From Arcobacteraceae bacterium (lineage in GTDB: Bacteria > Campylobacterota > Campylobacteria > Campylobacterales > Arcobacteraceae), in contig CBDCZH010000013.1 of the NCBI GenBank assembly GCA_965224485.1, forward strand, positions 32,001 to 96,000: DNA of 64,000 nucleotides, read 5' to 3'. Both the position numbers and the translations under genes were made by a program. Below the pieces are notes generated by a model. That model made no database searches. It was not told the DNA's origin and saw only the letters and a program-made list of their open reading frames with translations. This document shows, in pieces, positions 9,851-20,436 of this stretch (the stretch's first letter is position 1; every line of letters starts with the position of its first letter).

Positions 9851-11520
9851 GTTTTAATATTAAAAAAGAAATTAGGAGTATTATTCCTTATTTTCTGTTT
9901 TTCTATTTTTGTTTTGGGATACACCTCTATCCAAATAAGTGAAAATTCTAAAAGAAAAACTAAAAATTGTACATGATAAATCTCAGAGTAGTTCTTCTTC
10001 TTACAAGATGAGGTGATATCTCCTTTATATGAATCTAAGAGAAACAACACAATCTTTAGTTATGGCACCTAATAAAAAACTTAGAGTTGTTATTGAAGAA
10101 GAATTAAAAAGTGTAAGTAAGAAACTAGATAAGTCATTTTTATTAATAAAAAAGAATCATTCTAAGATATATAAATTATGGTTAGAGTATAAAATTTTAA
10201 TACAAAACTACTAAACAGAGTATTTAAATGAAGATTTTGAAGAAGGTGCTTATGTCAACGTTACAACAAGTAAGTAAGGAATCATTTTGACTTATTAGTT
10301 AAAAATCTTTTAAGTATACAAAGCAAATCTTTAAATGACGCTAAAACTGCTTATGTGAAATGCAGTTGATGAAGCAAAAGAATTAAAGATAGAGATTATA
10401 ATATATCTAATTTTGATACTATTAATATCTATTGTTATTGGTTGGTTAGTATCAAGTAATATTCTTAAAATCTATTAATACTAGTGCAAGAAGGATTGAA
10501 GTGATTTTTTTACTTATTTAAATCATAAAAAAAATAGGGCTAATAAAATTATTATAAATTCAAAAGATGAGTTTTCACAAATGGCTGAAATTATAAATCT
10601 AAATGTACAAACAATTCAAAATAATATAGAAAAAAATGAAGATTTAATTAAAGATGCAACAAATGTTTTAGAAAGTATTAAAAGTGGAAACTTAGGTTCA
10701 CGTTTAAGTAAAGATGCTAATAGTGAAACTTTAAATGAGTTAAAATTTATGATGAATGATATGTTAGATAATTTAGAAGATAAAATAGAAGATGAAATAA
10801 ACCAAAAACTAGAACAAGAACAAATTCTAATTCAGCAATCAAAACTAGCTTCAATGGGCGAAATGATAGGTAATATTGCCCATCAATGGAGACAGCCATT
10901 AGCAGAGATTTCAGCAATTCATATGAATATGAAGGTGAAATATGATTTTAATGATTTTAGTAAAGCAGTATTTAGATAAAAAAATAAAAGAAGCTAGCAA
11001 ACTAAGTTCTTATATGTCCCAAACTATTTCTGATTTCCAGAATTTCTTTCAATCCCCAAGGTGAAGAAAGAACTTTTTAGCATAAAAAAAGCTTGTGAAG
11101 ACTCTTTTTTTATTGTTGAATCATCTTTAAAATATCATAATATTAAAACAACTTTTACTGTTTTAAAAGATACCCAGATATATGGTTTTAAAAATGAATA
11201 TTCTCAAGTTATATTAAATATTTTAAGTAATGCAAAAGATATTTTTTTAGAGCGCAAAATAAAAAACCCATCTATTCTCCTTGAGATAAAAGATGGAGAT
11301 AAAGTTTGTAATTGTAAAAATATCTGATAATGCAGGTGGAATAAAAGAAGAAATTTTAAATAAAATATTTGAACCATACTTTACAACTAGACATAAAACA
11401 CAAGGAACAGGAATTGGTCTTTATATGTCAAAAAATATTATTGAAAGAAATATGAAAGGTTTTATAAATGTTAAGAATTTAAAACATGGAGCTTGTTTTA
11501 CTATAAAAGTATTAAAGTAA
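9835..11520 (+). pseudogene. Membrane sensor histidine kinase (periplasmic helical sensor, HAMP, HisKA, HATPase), frameshifted
   Basis: H-box MGEMIGNIAHQWRQPL, N-box NILSNAKD, G-boxes DNAGGI and GTGIGLY; two TM segments in the 5' part. Confidence 0.82.
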
Positions 11521-11611
11521 ATTGAATATTAAATATTAAATATAGTTTGTATTATCTTTTTCTAAATAGAAATAGGATAAAATATGATAGTTATTATTAA
11601 GAGGAGTTATT

Positions 11612-12094
11612 TTGTTAGATAAAGTTTTAAAATATGTTTTTCATATATCTAAACAACCTGTTTTATTAAAGGATTTATTAGTTGCTAATAATCAATTTAA
11701 TGAAAGACTTCAAGTTGATAATATTAAATTAGGTTATCGTCTTAAAATTGGACGTGCATATTTAGTATATATATGTTTAGTCTCAATTCTAGCCGTTCCT
11801 CTTGCTTTTATAAGTCATAAGATTTTTGCAAATATTGATTCTCATGCTTCAATAATTGCAGCTGTTTTTTTTACAGCTGTTATTTTTATCTGGTTTAATT
11901 TTTTTAGAATTTATTTAAAAGATAAAATGGCTGAAAAAAGAATTAGAGGTTCATGGAAAAATCATTTTATATATTTTTCTTATGATGAATATAGATATAA
12001 AATAGAAGAAATCTTTCATAAAGCTATGAAAGCAGAAATTCAAAAAAAAGATTTACAAAAATATATCTTAGATAATCTTTTAGAAGAAGCGTAA
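11612..12094 (+). CDS. Hypothetical 2-TM membrane protein
   Basis: 160-aa ORF, AGGAG RBS, two hydrophobic helices. Confidence 0.75.
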   Translation: MLDKVLKYVFHISKQPVLLKDLLVANNQFNERLQVDNIKLGYRLKIGRAYLVYICLVSILAVPLAFISHKIFANIDSHASIIAAVFFTAVIFIWFNFFRIYLKDKMAEKRIRGSWKNHFIYFSYDEYRYKIEEIFHKAMKAEIQKKDLQKYILDNLLEEA

Positions 12095-12098
12095 ACGC

Positions 12099-12839
12099 TT
12101 AACTAAAAGGTTTATCATAAATTGCTCTTGCATCTTTATTTCTTTGTTGTTTTAATTCCATATCAATATATTTAGCTTCAATTTCAAGTTTTCTCTTAAA
12201 AGCTAAGGTTTGTTTTTTCTTTATAGGTCGTATTTCATAAATATAAAAACCAGATTTGTACAAAGACAATCTTACATTAGTAGCTACACTATAAGTACTT
12301 AAAATCACATCTTCTTTGCAAGCTTTATAAATATCTTCAAAATATTCTACACTCCAAAGTTCTGTATTAACATCAGATGAAAATGCATCTTGATAAACTA
12401 TATCCATATCTTTTAAATTTTTTATATACTCTCTTGCATCTCCTATAAAAAGTTCAATTTTTATATTTTCATCTTCATACTTTCTTGTTTTATAAAGTGA
12501 GTTTATTATATGTTTAATGCAATCAAATTCTTTTGGATATATAAAAGTATTAAGAGTTTTAATTAAGTCTTCATCTAATTCAGGAGAATAAAAATGAAGT
12601 TTAATTTTTAAATTTTGTTTTAAAACATAATAAATAGTGCTAAAAGTGTTGTAGCCAAGACCAAAACAAATATCAAGAATATTTAATATTTTTTTGTTTT
12701 GATGATATTGTAAGCATGGAATTACATGTTTAGTAAGAGCTTCTTGTATCGCTCCTGTATCAATATCATGAAAATATTGTTGATATTTTTTAGAATATAA
12801 AGTATTGCTTCCATCTTTTGTTTTAATTAATTCAAGCAC
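12099..12839 (-). CDS. mnmD: tRNA mnm5s2U34 methyltransferase (stand-alone MnmC N-terminal/MnmD domain)
   Basis: TKDGSNTLYS..YFH, LDICFGLGYN SAM motif, DIVYQDAFS..N.ELW; GTG start overlaps upstream TAG. Confidence 0.82.
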   Translation of the reverse strand: MLELIKTKDGSNTLYSKKYQQYFHDIDTGAIQEALTKHVIPCLQYHQNKKILNILDICFGLGYNTFSTIYYVLKQNLKIKLHFYSPELDEDLIKTLNTFIYPKEFDCIKHIINSLYKTRKYEDENIKIELFIGDAREYIKNLKDMDIVYQDAFSSDVNTELWSVEYFEDIYKACKEDVILSTYSVATNVRLSLYKSGFYIYEIRPIKKKQTLAFKRKLEIEAKYIDMELKQQRNKDARAIYDKPFS

Positions 12840-13291
12840 TAAAGTCCGTTTCCCCACATATGAAGTTTTTTAGCAGTTATTATTATATATTCATCAAAAA
12901 TATCTATATCATTTATAGCTTGAAAAAAAGACTTATCTAATAATTCTTTTATCTCAGGAAGTTCATTATTTGATTTTTTTGAAAGTATTATTATATTACC
13001 TGAGTTTTCTAAGGCTTGGTAATACATTTTTAATAAAGGTTCTTTGTTATCAAGAGTGTTTAAAATATCTCCTAAAATGATATATTTAAACTCTCTTGGA
13101 GAAAGTCTTAGTCTTAAATCTTTTTTATCTTTAAAATCTCTTAAATCTTTAAAAAATAACTTTCCTTCATTTTTTTTAATTACATCTTCTATTAGAGTAT
13201 TTAAAAAATCAACTTCGTTATTGATATGAAGAATATTTAAGCAAGGAATATTTTCAAATAAAGATGAAAAAAGACCTAAGGCTCTCTTCAC
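12839..13291 (-). CDS. Hypothetical protein with a degenerate SAM-methyltransferase-like fold
   Basis: 150-aa ORF coupled to luxS and mnmD; YYQALENSGNIII resembles an MTase post-II motif. Confidence 0.55.
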   Translation of the reverse strand: MKRALGLFSSLFENIPCLNILHINNEVDFLNTLIEDVIKKNEGKLFFKDLRDFKDKKDLRLRLSPREFKYIILGDILNTLDNKEPLLKMYYQALENSGNIIILSKKSNNELPEIKELLDKSFFQAINDIDIFDEYIIITAKKLHMWGNGL

Positions 13292-13806
13292 TAGATTCCT
13301 AGTTCTTTCATTTTGTCTTCTGATAAAAATAGATCATCATTTGACATAGTTCCAATAGTACTTGCTAAAATATCATTTGCTATATCTTTTGCTTCAGGCA
13401 AAGAGTGCATATTGCAAGTACCACATTGGTATAAATTAAGCTCTGGAATATCATCTTGTGATTTAACATCTAAAACATCTTGCATAGATGCCTTCCATGC
13501 TTTTGCAACAGTAGGTTCATCTGGGTTTCCTAATAAACTCATATAAAATCCAGTTCTACAGCCCATTGGTGATACATCAATAATCTCAACACTAGAAGAG
13601 TTTAAATGCTCTCTAATAAAACCTGCAAAAAGATGCTCTAAGGTATGAATACCTTTTTCACTTAACATTTTTTTATTTGGTACACAAAATCTTAGGTCAA
13701 AAACAGTAATAATATCTCCTGATGGTGACTTCATTGTTTTTGCAATTCGTACAGCGGGGGCTGGCATAATTGTATGGTCAACTCTAAAACTATCTAATAA
13801 TGGCAT
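13291..13806 (-). CDS. luxS: S-ribosylhomocysteine lyase
   Basis: [29 protein letters not shown]. Confidence 0.97.
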   Translation of the reverse strand: MPLLDSFRVDHTIMPAPAVRIAKTMKSPSGDIITVFDLRFCVPNKKMLSEKGIHTLEHLFAGFIREHLNSSSVEIIDVSPMGCRTGFYMSLLGNPDEPTVAKAWKASMQDVLDVKSQDDIPELNLYQCGTCNMHSLPEAKDIANDILASTIGTMSNDDLFLSEDKMKELGI

Positions 13807-13965
13807 GAAAATCCTTTTATATTTATCTCTTTTACTAAAATATTTGTCCTTAAGATTAAGCATAATAGCTAGTTCTTAAAGAAGTATATACTTTTTTTTA
13901 ATTATGAGACTTATTTATTTTAAATTTTAGCTAAATTAATTTGAAGTGTTGTTGATATTTATAGT

Positions 13966-14640
13966 TTAGTTGTTGCTTTTTTTTTGTAAAAAACTTTCAT
14001 CGTAATAATTTTTTATATCTTTGAAGTTTTCTTCTTCTTTATCATAGTAAAATATTGAAGAATCTTTTAGTTCATAATACCAGCCATGTATTTTAAGTGA
14101 GTCATTTTTTACTTTTTTTTTAATTACTGGGTAGCTTAATAAATTGTCTAATTGATTTATAAGTGAGTTTTTTTCTGTTTGTTTATATAATTCTTCTTTT
14201 GTTTTGAAAATTTTATTTTCAGTATCACTTTTTGCTTTTTTACCTAGTTTTAGCCAATTTCTTATATTTTGAAATTCATTAGTATTAGGTATTGTTGTAT
14301 ATAAACTCTGTATTGCTCCACAATGTGAGTGGGCACATACTATTATATGTGAAACCTCTAAAATACTTATTGCATACTCAATAGCAGATGAAATACCGTG
14401 ATAACCCTTATCACAACTATAAGGTGGTACAAAGTTACCTATATTTCTAAGAACAAATAAATCACCAGGTTTAGAACCTAACATTAAATCAGGGGTAATT
14501 CTACTATCACAACAGCAAATAAATAAAACTTCTGGTTTCTGCCCATTTTTTATTAAGTCATCTAATTCTTCTTTGTAATCACTTAAATGGTATTTTTTGA
14601 AGACAGCATTGCCTCTTATTAGATTTTTTATTATGTCCAT
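13966..14640 (-). CDS. Beta-class carbonic anhydrase
   Basis: CCDSR, RNIGNFVPP, AIEYA, HSHCGA Zn ligands. Confidence 0.93.
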   Translation of the reverse strand: MDIIKNLIRGNAVFKKYHLSDYKEELDDLIKNGQKPEVLFICCCDSRITPDLMLGSKPGDLFVLRNIGNFVPPYSCDKGYHGISSAIEYAISILEVSHIIVCAHSHCGAIQSLYTTIPNTNEFQNIRNWLKLGKKAKSDTENKIFKTKEELYKQTEKNSLINQLDNLLSYPVIKKKVKNDSLKIHGWYYELKDSSIFYYDKEEENFKDIKNYYDESFLQKKSNN

Positions 14641-14645
14641 TAAAT

Positions 14646-14679
14646 ATTGTAAAATAAAAAGATGTAAGAATAATCAAAT
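14646..14679 (-). promoter_or_regulatory. Conserved box ATTTgATTaTTCTTACAT + 10 nt + TACAAT (-10)
   Basis: Same box and spacing occur at 15412 and 21454. Confidence 0.7.
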
Positions 14680-15390
14680 AAGTAAAGTTAAGATACTTTT
14701 AACTGCAAAAATACTTAAAAATATTTTCATATAAAAAATAAGGTTAACTAAAGGCATTTTTTTTCTTATTTTTGTTCCTATATATGAGCCTAAAATTGCT
14801 CCAAAACTCATACATAACATTAAATTTAAATATTGAAAGAAAATAAAACCAAGACTTATAAAAACTATAATCTTCAAAAAATGTGTGATAGCTGAAAGTG
14901 CTGCAATATTTACAATAACTTGATTTTTCTCTTTACAGTCTCTTAAAAGTTTTGGCATACTCATAGCTCCAGTTGCGCCAACAACTAAAGACAAACCACT
15001 TTGTAAGGCACCTAAAATATAATAACTATCAAATTTTTTTAAAAAGTTATCAAACCTTTTTGACCAAAGTGATAATAAAATATAAATACCAATTAATAAA
15101 GGTATATAAGTAAAAGAGAGATATAAAAGAAAAGAGCATGAGATACTTATACCTATAAGTGAACCTAAGAAATATTGTAAAATAGCTTTATAATAGAGAT
15201 CTTTATAGCCTAAAAAGGCTCTTGATAGGTTTGAGCTTAGCTGTGTTGAGGCATGAATAGGTATTAAAATACTTGGGTTTAAAAAGTTTGGTAAAATTGC
15301 AATTAATAACATTCCTCCACCTAATCCAGTTATGGCAGTAAGAGCTGATGTTAAAATGCTTATAAGAGTTAATATAATTTCTTCTTGCAT
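14674..15390 (-). CDS. TSUP (TauE/SafE) family transporter/exporter
   Basis: Multi-TM, GLGGGML motif, repeat-half GATG; probable ATG at 15390. Confidence 0.85.
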   Translation of the reverse strand: MQEEIILTLISILTSALTAITGLGGGMLLIAILPNFLNPSILIPIHASTQLSSNLSRAFLGYKDLYYKAILQYFLGSLIGISISCSFLLYLSFTYIPLLIGIYILLSLWSKRFDNFLKKFDSYYILGALQSGLSLVVGATGAMSMPKLLRDCKEKNQVIVNIAALSAITHFLKIIVFISLGFIFFQYLNLMLCMSFGAILGSYIGTKIRKKMPLVNLIFYMKIFLSIFAVKSILTLLI

Positions 15391-15395
15391 ATAAA

Positions 15396-15429
15396 ATGAT
15401 AACAAATTTAAATGTAAGAAAAATTAAAT
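15396..15429 (-). promoter_or_regulatory. Conserved box ATTTaATTtTTCTTACAT + 10 nt + TGnTATCAT (-10)
   Basis: Same box and spacing occur at 14662 and 21454. Confidence 0.7.
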
Positions 15430-17595
15430 CTTAATAGAAAACTTTGCACCGTCTTTTGTATTTCGAACTAAAATCTCACCTGCCATCTTTTCTTCTATTA
15501 TAAGTTTAGTCATATATAAACCAATTCCTGTTCCATACTCATATTTAGTAGTAAAATAAGGGTCAAATATTTTGCTTATTATATCTTTACTTATTCCTCC
15601 TGCATTATCTTCTATATATAAGATTGCATCTTTTTTAAGCTCTAAATAAATAGATATCTTAGGATTTTTTATCTCTTTTTCTATTAGAATATCTTTTGCA
15701 TTTGAAATTATATTTAAGATAGCTTGCGAATATTCATTTTTAAATCCAGTAGTTTTATAGTGTTCATTTATATTTGTGTCTATCTTAATATTGTTAAAAT
15801 CTAAGGTTTTATTTAAAATATTTATGGCGTTTGAAACCGCATCATTTATTAAAAACACTTCTTTATTATTAGTTGGATTAAAAAAGTTTCTAAAATCATC
15901 AATAGTTTTTGACATATATTCTAATAAATCATTTGCTTCATTTACTCTATTAGTAAGATATTTTTTATCTAATACTTTATACTCATAAGCAGATTCTAAA
16001 TCCAAAAATAAACCAGAAACTTGTGTTAAAGGTTGTCTCCATTGGTGGGCTATATTTCCAATCATTTCTCCCATGGCTGCCATTTTAGCTTTTTGAATAA
16101 GTATTTTTTCTTGTTTTTGTTTTTCTATTTTTAATAAAGTACGCTCAGTTATATCACGTAAAGATGCAAAAAGAAGCTTTTGATTATCGTAGGTATAAAT
16201 AATTGCATTTAATTCAATTGTTCTTATTTCTTGATTTTTTGTAAATAATTTTACTGTTTTAAACAAAGAGTTTGATTTTAAAATATCATCTAAACATAAG
16301 TTATCAAATAATTGAAAAAAGTTTTGATCTAAAATCTCTTTTGAACTATAAGATATGATTTGTAACGCTGTATTATTTAAACTAAGAATACTTGAATTTT
16401 TTCCATTTATTTCAGAAATTATAAAACCATCATTACTATAATTAAAAAGCAAGGCATATTTTTCTTCATTTTCTTGTACGATCTTTCTATATCTAGTAAA
16501 TAATTTTTCTATTCTTTTAGTGAAAACTAAAGAAAAGACAAAAAATATTAGTGTAATTACTAAAATAATAAAAAAGAGTTTTCTTATTTTATTATACATA
16601 TTTGCTAATGAAATAGCTCTTTCGTTTTCCACAATATTATAAATAGAATCAAGATGTACACCAATAGCAATAAAATATCTTAAATGAGGAATAAAAGTTC
16701 CATAAAAAAGCTTTTGATTATTTTCATAAAAAATATAATTATTTGCTCTATAGTTATTTGCAATAAGTAAATCTTTCATAGCTTGAAGTTCACTATTACT
16801 AGTATTAATATGTTTTTGAATTAAAAGCTTACTTTGAGTTTTTATATTATTTAAAGAGTTTATTTTATATATAAAAATAAATTCTTCTTTTTTATAGTTT
16901 TGATTGGATATTTTATTTAAAATTTTATTTTTAAGTTCATGATTTTTACTTTCTAAAAAACTTCCTGAACCTATAATTATTCCAAGTTCTTTTAGCTGTC
17001 TTGAATAAGTGATTCTTTTATTTGGTTTATACCAAAAATAATCAATAAAATTTTGTTTATTGCTTTTTGCATTAATCATATTATTTATAAATTTAATTCC
17101 ATTTATATCTTCAAAATTCAAAAAATTTACTCCTTCATTTTTAGGGTTTGAAGTATTTAGTAAAAGATTACCTTTAGTATCTAAAATAAAATAGTTAATA
17201 TCATTTTCTTTTTGGGCTAATTGTTTAATAGAAGACTTTATTAAATTTATTTTTTTACTTTTTGAAGATTTAGAAACTTTTTTACTTAATGATTTTGCTA
17301 GGTTATAAGCAATTATTGATTGGTTTTTAATTCTATTCTTCTTATTATCGATTATTGATATTTCTTCAAATTTTATATCATTTTTAAGGTTTTTTATTGC
17401 ATATTTTATTGTATATTTTTCAATATCAATTAATGTGTTTCTAAAACTTTGTATATGTTTTTTGAAGTTATCATATTCTGTTTTTATTATAATTGAGCCA
17501 ACTATAGTTGCCACAAATAATATAATTATTGTTGAACTTAGAAGGGCAGTTTTTTTAATACCCTTTTCAATGTTTTTATCATAATTATATTTCAA
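15424..17595 (-). CDS. Cache-domain/PAS sensor histidine kinase
   Basis: 2 TM, periplasmic Cache (YFILDTKG..G.NF..DING.KFI), PAS, H-box IAHQWRQPL, GTGIGLY. Confidence 0.9.
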   Translation of the reverse strand: MKYNYDKNIEKGIKKTALLSSTIIILFVATIVGSIIIKTEYDNFKKHIQSFRNTLIDIEKYTIKYAIKNLKNDIKFEEISIIDNKKNRIKNQSIIAYNLAKSLSKKVSKSSKSKKINLIKSSIKQLAQKENDINYFILDTKGNLLLNTSNPKNEGVNFLNFEDINGIKFINNMINAKSNKQNFIDYFWYKPNKRITYSRQLKELGIIIGSGSFLESKNHELKNKILNKISNQNYKKEEFIFIYKINSLNNIKTQSKLLIQKHINTSNSELQAMKDLLIANNYRANNYIFYENNQKLFYGTFIPHLRYFIAIGVHLDSIYNIVENERAISLANMYNKIRKLFFIILVITLIFFVFSLVFTKRIEKLFTRYRKIVQENEEKYALLFNYSNDGFIISEINGKNSSILSLNNTALQIISYSSKEILDQNFFQLFDNLCLDDILKSNSLFKTVKLFTKNQEIRTIELNAIIYTYDNQKLLFASLRDITERTLLKIEKQKQEKILIQKAKMAAMGEMIGNIAHQWRQPLTQVSGLFLDLESAYEYKVLDKKYLTNRVNEANDLLEYMSKTIDDFRNFFNPTNNKEVFLINDAVSNAINILNKTLDFNNIKIDTNINEHYKTTGFKNEYSQAILNIISNAKDILIEKEIKNPKISIYLELKKDAILYIEDNAGGISKDIISKIFDPYFTTKYEYGTGIGLYMTKLIIEEKMAGEILVRNTKDGAKFSIKI

Positions 17596-18278
17596 GATTT
17601 TATTTCAAGATTTAATTTGTATCCCATATTTGATATGTTTTTAATACAATTAAAGGGTATTTTTTTCCTTAAAAAACCTATAGTAGTTCTTAAAGAATTA
17701 ATACTCATATATTCATTTTCCCAAACTTTTTGCTCTATTTCTTCATATAAAACTACTCTGTTTTTATTTATAACTAATAATTTTAAAAATAAAAGTTCTT
17801 TTTTATTTAAATCAATAACATTGTCTTGGAAATAAAACAAAGATGTAGATACTTTATAATAAAAAGCATCACTTAGGTTTATTGTTACATCTTTTTGCAT
17901 TTCTAAGTCATCAACTGCTTTTGTAAGAGCAGGAAGTAAGTTTCTGCTTGTTAGAGGTTTGATTATGTACTTTTCTAAGTTAAGCTCAATAGCATCTAAT
18001 AAATATTGTTTATCAGAAAAAGCACTTGAGATTATTATTTTAGTAGTATTATCTTCTTTTCTTATTTTTTTAGCAAGTGAAATACCATCAAGTTTTGGCA
18101 TTTTTATATCACTTAAGATTAAATCTGGATGATATTTTTTATATAAATTATATGCTTCTTCTCCATCACAAGCTAAATAAAGTTCATTAAACATTCTATT
18201 TAAGAATCTTGAGTTAATTAGTCTAACTCCTTCATCATCTTCTACATATAAAATAGTATAGTTTTTAAACTTTTCCAT
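17592..18278 (-). CDS. OmpR-family response regulator
   Basis: LYVEDD, ILSDIKMP, YIIKP, wHTH C-terminus. Confidence 0.93.
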   Translation of the reverse strand: MEKFKNYTILYVEDDEGVRLINSRFLNRMFNELYLACDGEEAYNLYKKYHPDLILSDIKMPKLDGISLAKKIRKEDNTTKIIISSAFSDKQYLLDAIELNLEKYIIKPLTSRNLLPALTKAVDDLEMQKDVTINLSDAFYYKVSTSLFYFQDNVIDLNKKELLFLKLLVINKNRVVLYEEIEQKVWENEYMSINSLRTTIGFLRKKIPFNCIKNISNMGYKLNLEIKS

Positions 18279-18307
18279 GATATTTAACCTTTGTAAAAAG
18301 AAAAAGC

Positions 18308-19822
18308 CTAAGCTTTTTCTTTTCTGATTTTAGCGTAAAATCCACTTATTACTGGTAATAATAACATTAAGATAGTAAGAAGTAAAATAGTAAAAGTTAT
18401 AGGTCTTTCCCATAAAAATGATAAAGAACCATCTGATATAGTTAAAGCACGTCTAAGATTATCTTCCATCATTCCACCTAAAATAAAACCTAAAATCATT
18501 GGTGCCATTGGAAAATCAATAATTCTTAAAAATAAGGCAACAACAGCAAACATTGTCATCATATAAATATCAAAATTATTAAATGTTACTAAATAAACTC
18601 CAATTAAAGAGAAAAATATAATTAAAGGCAATAACAATTGTTTTGGAATTGTTAATAATCTTGCAATATATGGAATTAGAGGTAGGTTTAAAACAAGTAA
18701 AACTACATTTCCTATATACATAGATATAATTACAGACCAAAAGAGTGCTGGATTATCTACATACATAGTAGGGCCTGGTTGAATTCCATAAGAAATTAAA
18801 GCTCCTAAAATAATAGCAGTAGTTCCTGAACCTGGAATTCCTAGAGTTAATAAAGGTACAAAAGAACCTGAACAAGCTGCATTATTTGCACTTTCAGGTG
18901 CTGCTAATCCTCTAATACTTCCTTTCCCAAATTTTAGTTTTTCCTTAGCACTTGCAAAACTTCTCTCCATTCCATAAGCTAAGAATGAAGCAATAGTCGC
19001 CCCAGCACCTGGTAAAACACCAACAAAGAAACCTAAAACTGAAGAACGTCCAACAGTAGGAGCCATCTCTTTTAGCTCAGCTCTTGTGATTTTTAAAGAA
19101 CCTATATCTTTTTTAAGATTATCTAATTCTTCTTTTGTTTGTTTTTTATTTTCTAAAATATTCATCATTGCTTCACTTAAAGCAAAAGCAGCCATAGCTA
19201 AAAGTAAAAATGAAATTCCATCAATTAAATCTAGTCTTCCAAAGGTAAATCTAGCAATTCCAGAATCACTATCTGTTCCAACAGTTGCTAGCATAAGACC
19301 AAAAATTGTCATAATAGCTGCTTTTAAAAACTTTCCTTTTCCTGCAAATGCAGCAACTGCGGTAAGTCCAAGAACCATTAAAGCAAAATAATCTGAACTT
19401 TGAAAAGATAGAGATACTTTTGCTAGGGCTGGTGCTGCAAAAAGTAAGAATACGGCGGCTATTGTTCCACCTGTAAAAGATGAATAAGCTGCAATTGCTA
19501 AGGCTTTTCCTGCTTGTCCATTTCTTGCCATTGGATAACCATCAAAGGAGGAGGCTACAGTTCCAGCAACTCCTGGGGCATTGATTAAAATAGAAGAAGT
19601 CGATCCTCCAAATATAGCACCATAATAAACACCTGCTATTAGAATTAAACCAGATGATGGCTCCATTCCATAAGTAATAGGAATCATTAAAGCAATAGCT
19701 GAAATAGGTCCTAATCCTGGAAGCATTCCTATAAATGTTCCTGCAAAACAACCAATTGCAACCATCATAATATTATATGAGCTTAAGGCTGTAGAAACTC
19801 CTTGTAAAATACCATCCATCAT
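18308..19822 (-). CDS. tctA: Tripartite tricarboxylate transporter large permease
   Basis: GMLPGLGP, GGSTSSILINAPG, APESANNA..PLLTLGIPG signature repeats. Confidence 0.95.
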   Translation of the reverse strand: MMDGILQGVSTALSSYNIMMVAIGCFAGTFIGMLPGLGPISAIALMIPITYGMEPSSGLILIAGVYYGAIFGGSTSSILINAPGVAGTVASSFDGYPMARNGQAGKALAIAAYSSFTGGTIAAVFLLFAAPALAKVSLSFQSSDYFALMVLGLTAVAAFAGKGKFLKAAIMTIFGLMLATVGTDSDSGIARFTFGRLDLIDGISFLLLAMAAFALSEAMMNILENKKQTKEELDNLKKDIGSLKITRAELKEMAPTVGRSSVLGFFVGVLPGAGATIASFLAYGMERSFASAKEKLKFGKGSIRGLAAPESANNAACSGSFVPLLTLGIPGSGTTAIILGALISYGIQPGPTMYVDNPALFWSVIISMYIGNVVLLVLNLPLIPYIARLLTIPKQLLLPLIIFFSLIGVYLVTFNNFDIYMMTMFAVVALFLRIIDFPMAPMILGFILGGMMEDNLRRALTISDGSLSFLWERPITFTILLLTILMLLLPVISGFYAKIRKEKA

Positions 19823-20304
19823 GACTGCTCTCCTGTAAAATATTCAACTATTATTCCTGGATCTATATATACGCCTAATACATTATTAAGCAATAAGTAA
19901 AAACCAACAGCAACACCTACTGATGTTAATAAAACTAGTTTTAAATTTCTCTCTTTTAATAAGAAAAACCCAATTATTAAAAATATTGTAGTTGAAATCA
20001 TAAAACCTAAAGTTCTTATAGTAAAACCGTAAAATAACATTGCTAAAACAAAATAAGTTGTTGTTTTAAAATCTAAACTCTTTATATAACTTTTGTCTAA
20101 AAATTCTCTATCTTTGTCTTTAAAAGATAGAAGAAGAATTATTAAAGAAATAACAATCCCTGAAATTCCTATATAAAATGGAAAACTAGCTGCATTCATA
20201 ATCTCATATGGACTAGCTGGCATCTTTTTAATATTAAATACATTGTAAAAATAAAAACATGAAAAAGCTAGGAAAAATAGTGCTCCTATTGCATTTTTTG
20301 TCAT
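19819..20304 (-). CDS. tctB: Tripartite tricarboxylate transporter small subunit
   Basis: 4-TM protein between tctC and tctA, AASFP motif. Confidence 0.88.
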   Translation of the reverse strand: MTKNAIGALFFLAFSCFYFYNVFNIKKMPASPYEIMNAASFPFYIGISGIVISLIILLLSFKDKDREFLDKSYIKSLDFKTTTYFVLAMLFYGFTIRTLGFMISTTIFLIIGFFLLKERNLKLVLLTSVGVAVGFYLLLNNVLGVYIDPGIIVEYFTGEQS

Positions 20305-20349
20305 AATTGTGTCCTTGTTGAAGTATAAATGTCTAAAAGATAAATAATA

Positions 20350-20433
20350 ATCTCAAAGCAAAAAATTTATATAATATTTTGCTTTGAGATAAGCAGAATT
20401 AAAATATTAAAAAATAGAGCCGAAGCTCTATTT
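20350..20433 (-). terminator. Two intercistronic hairpins after tctC (terminator or mRNA stabiliser)
   Basis: AAATAGAGC-CGAA-GCTCTATTT and ATCTCAAAGCAAAA/TTTTGCTTTGAGAT. Confidence 0.65.
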
Positions 20434-20436
20434 ATC

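Noticed and set aside
8539..10050. Minus-strand ORFs 8539-8796 and 9844-10050
   Set aside because: They are shadows of the frameshifted plus-strand SBP and kinase genes.
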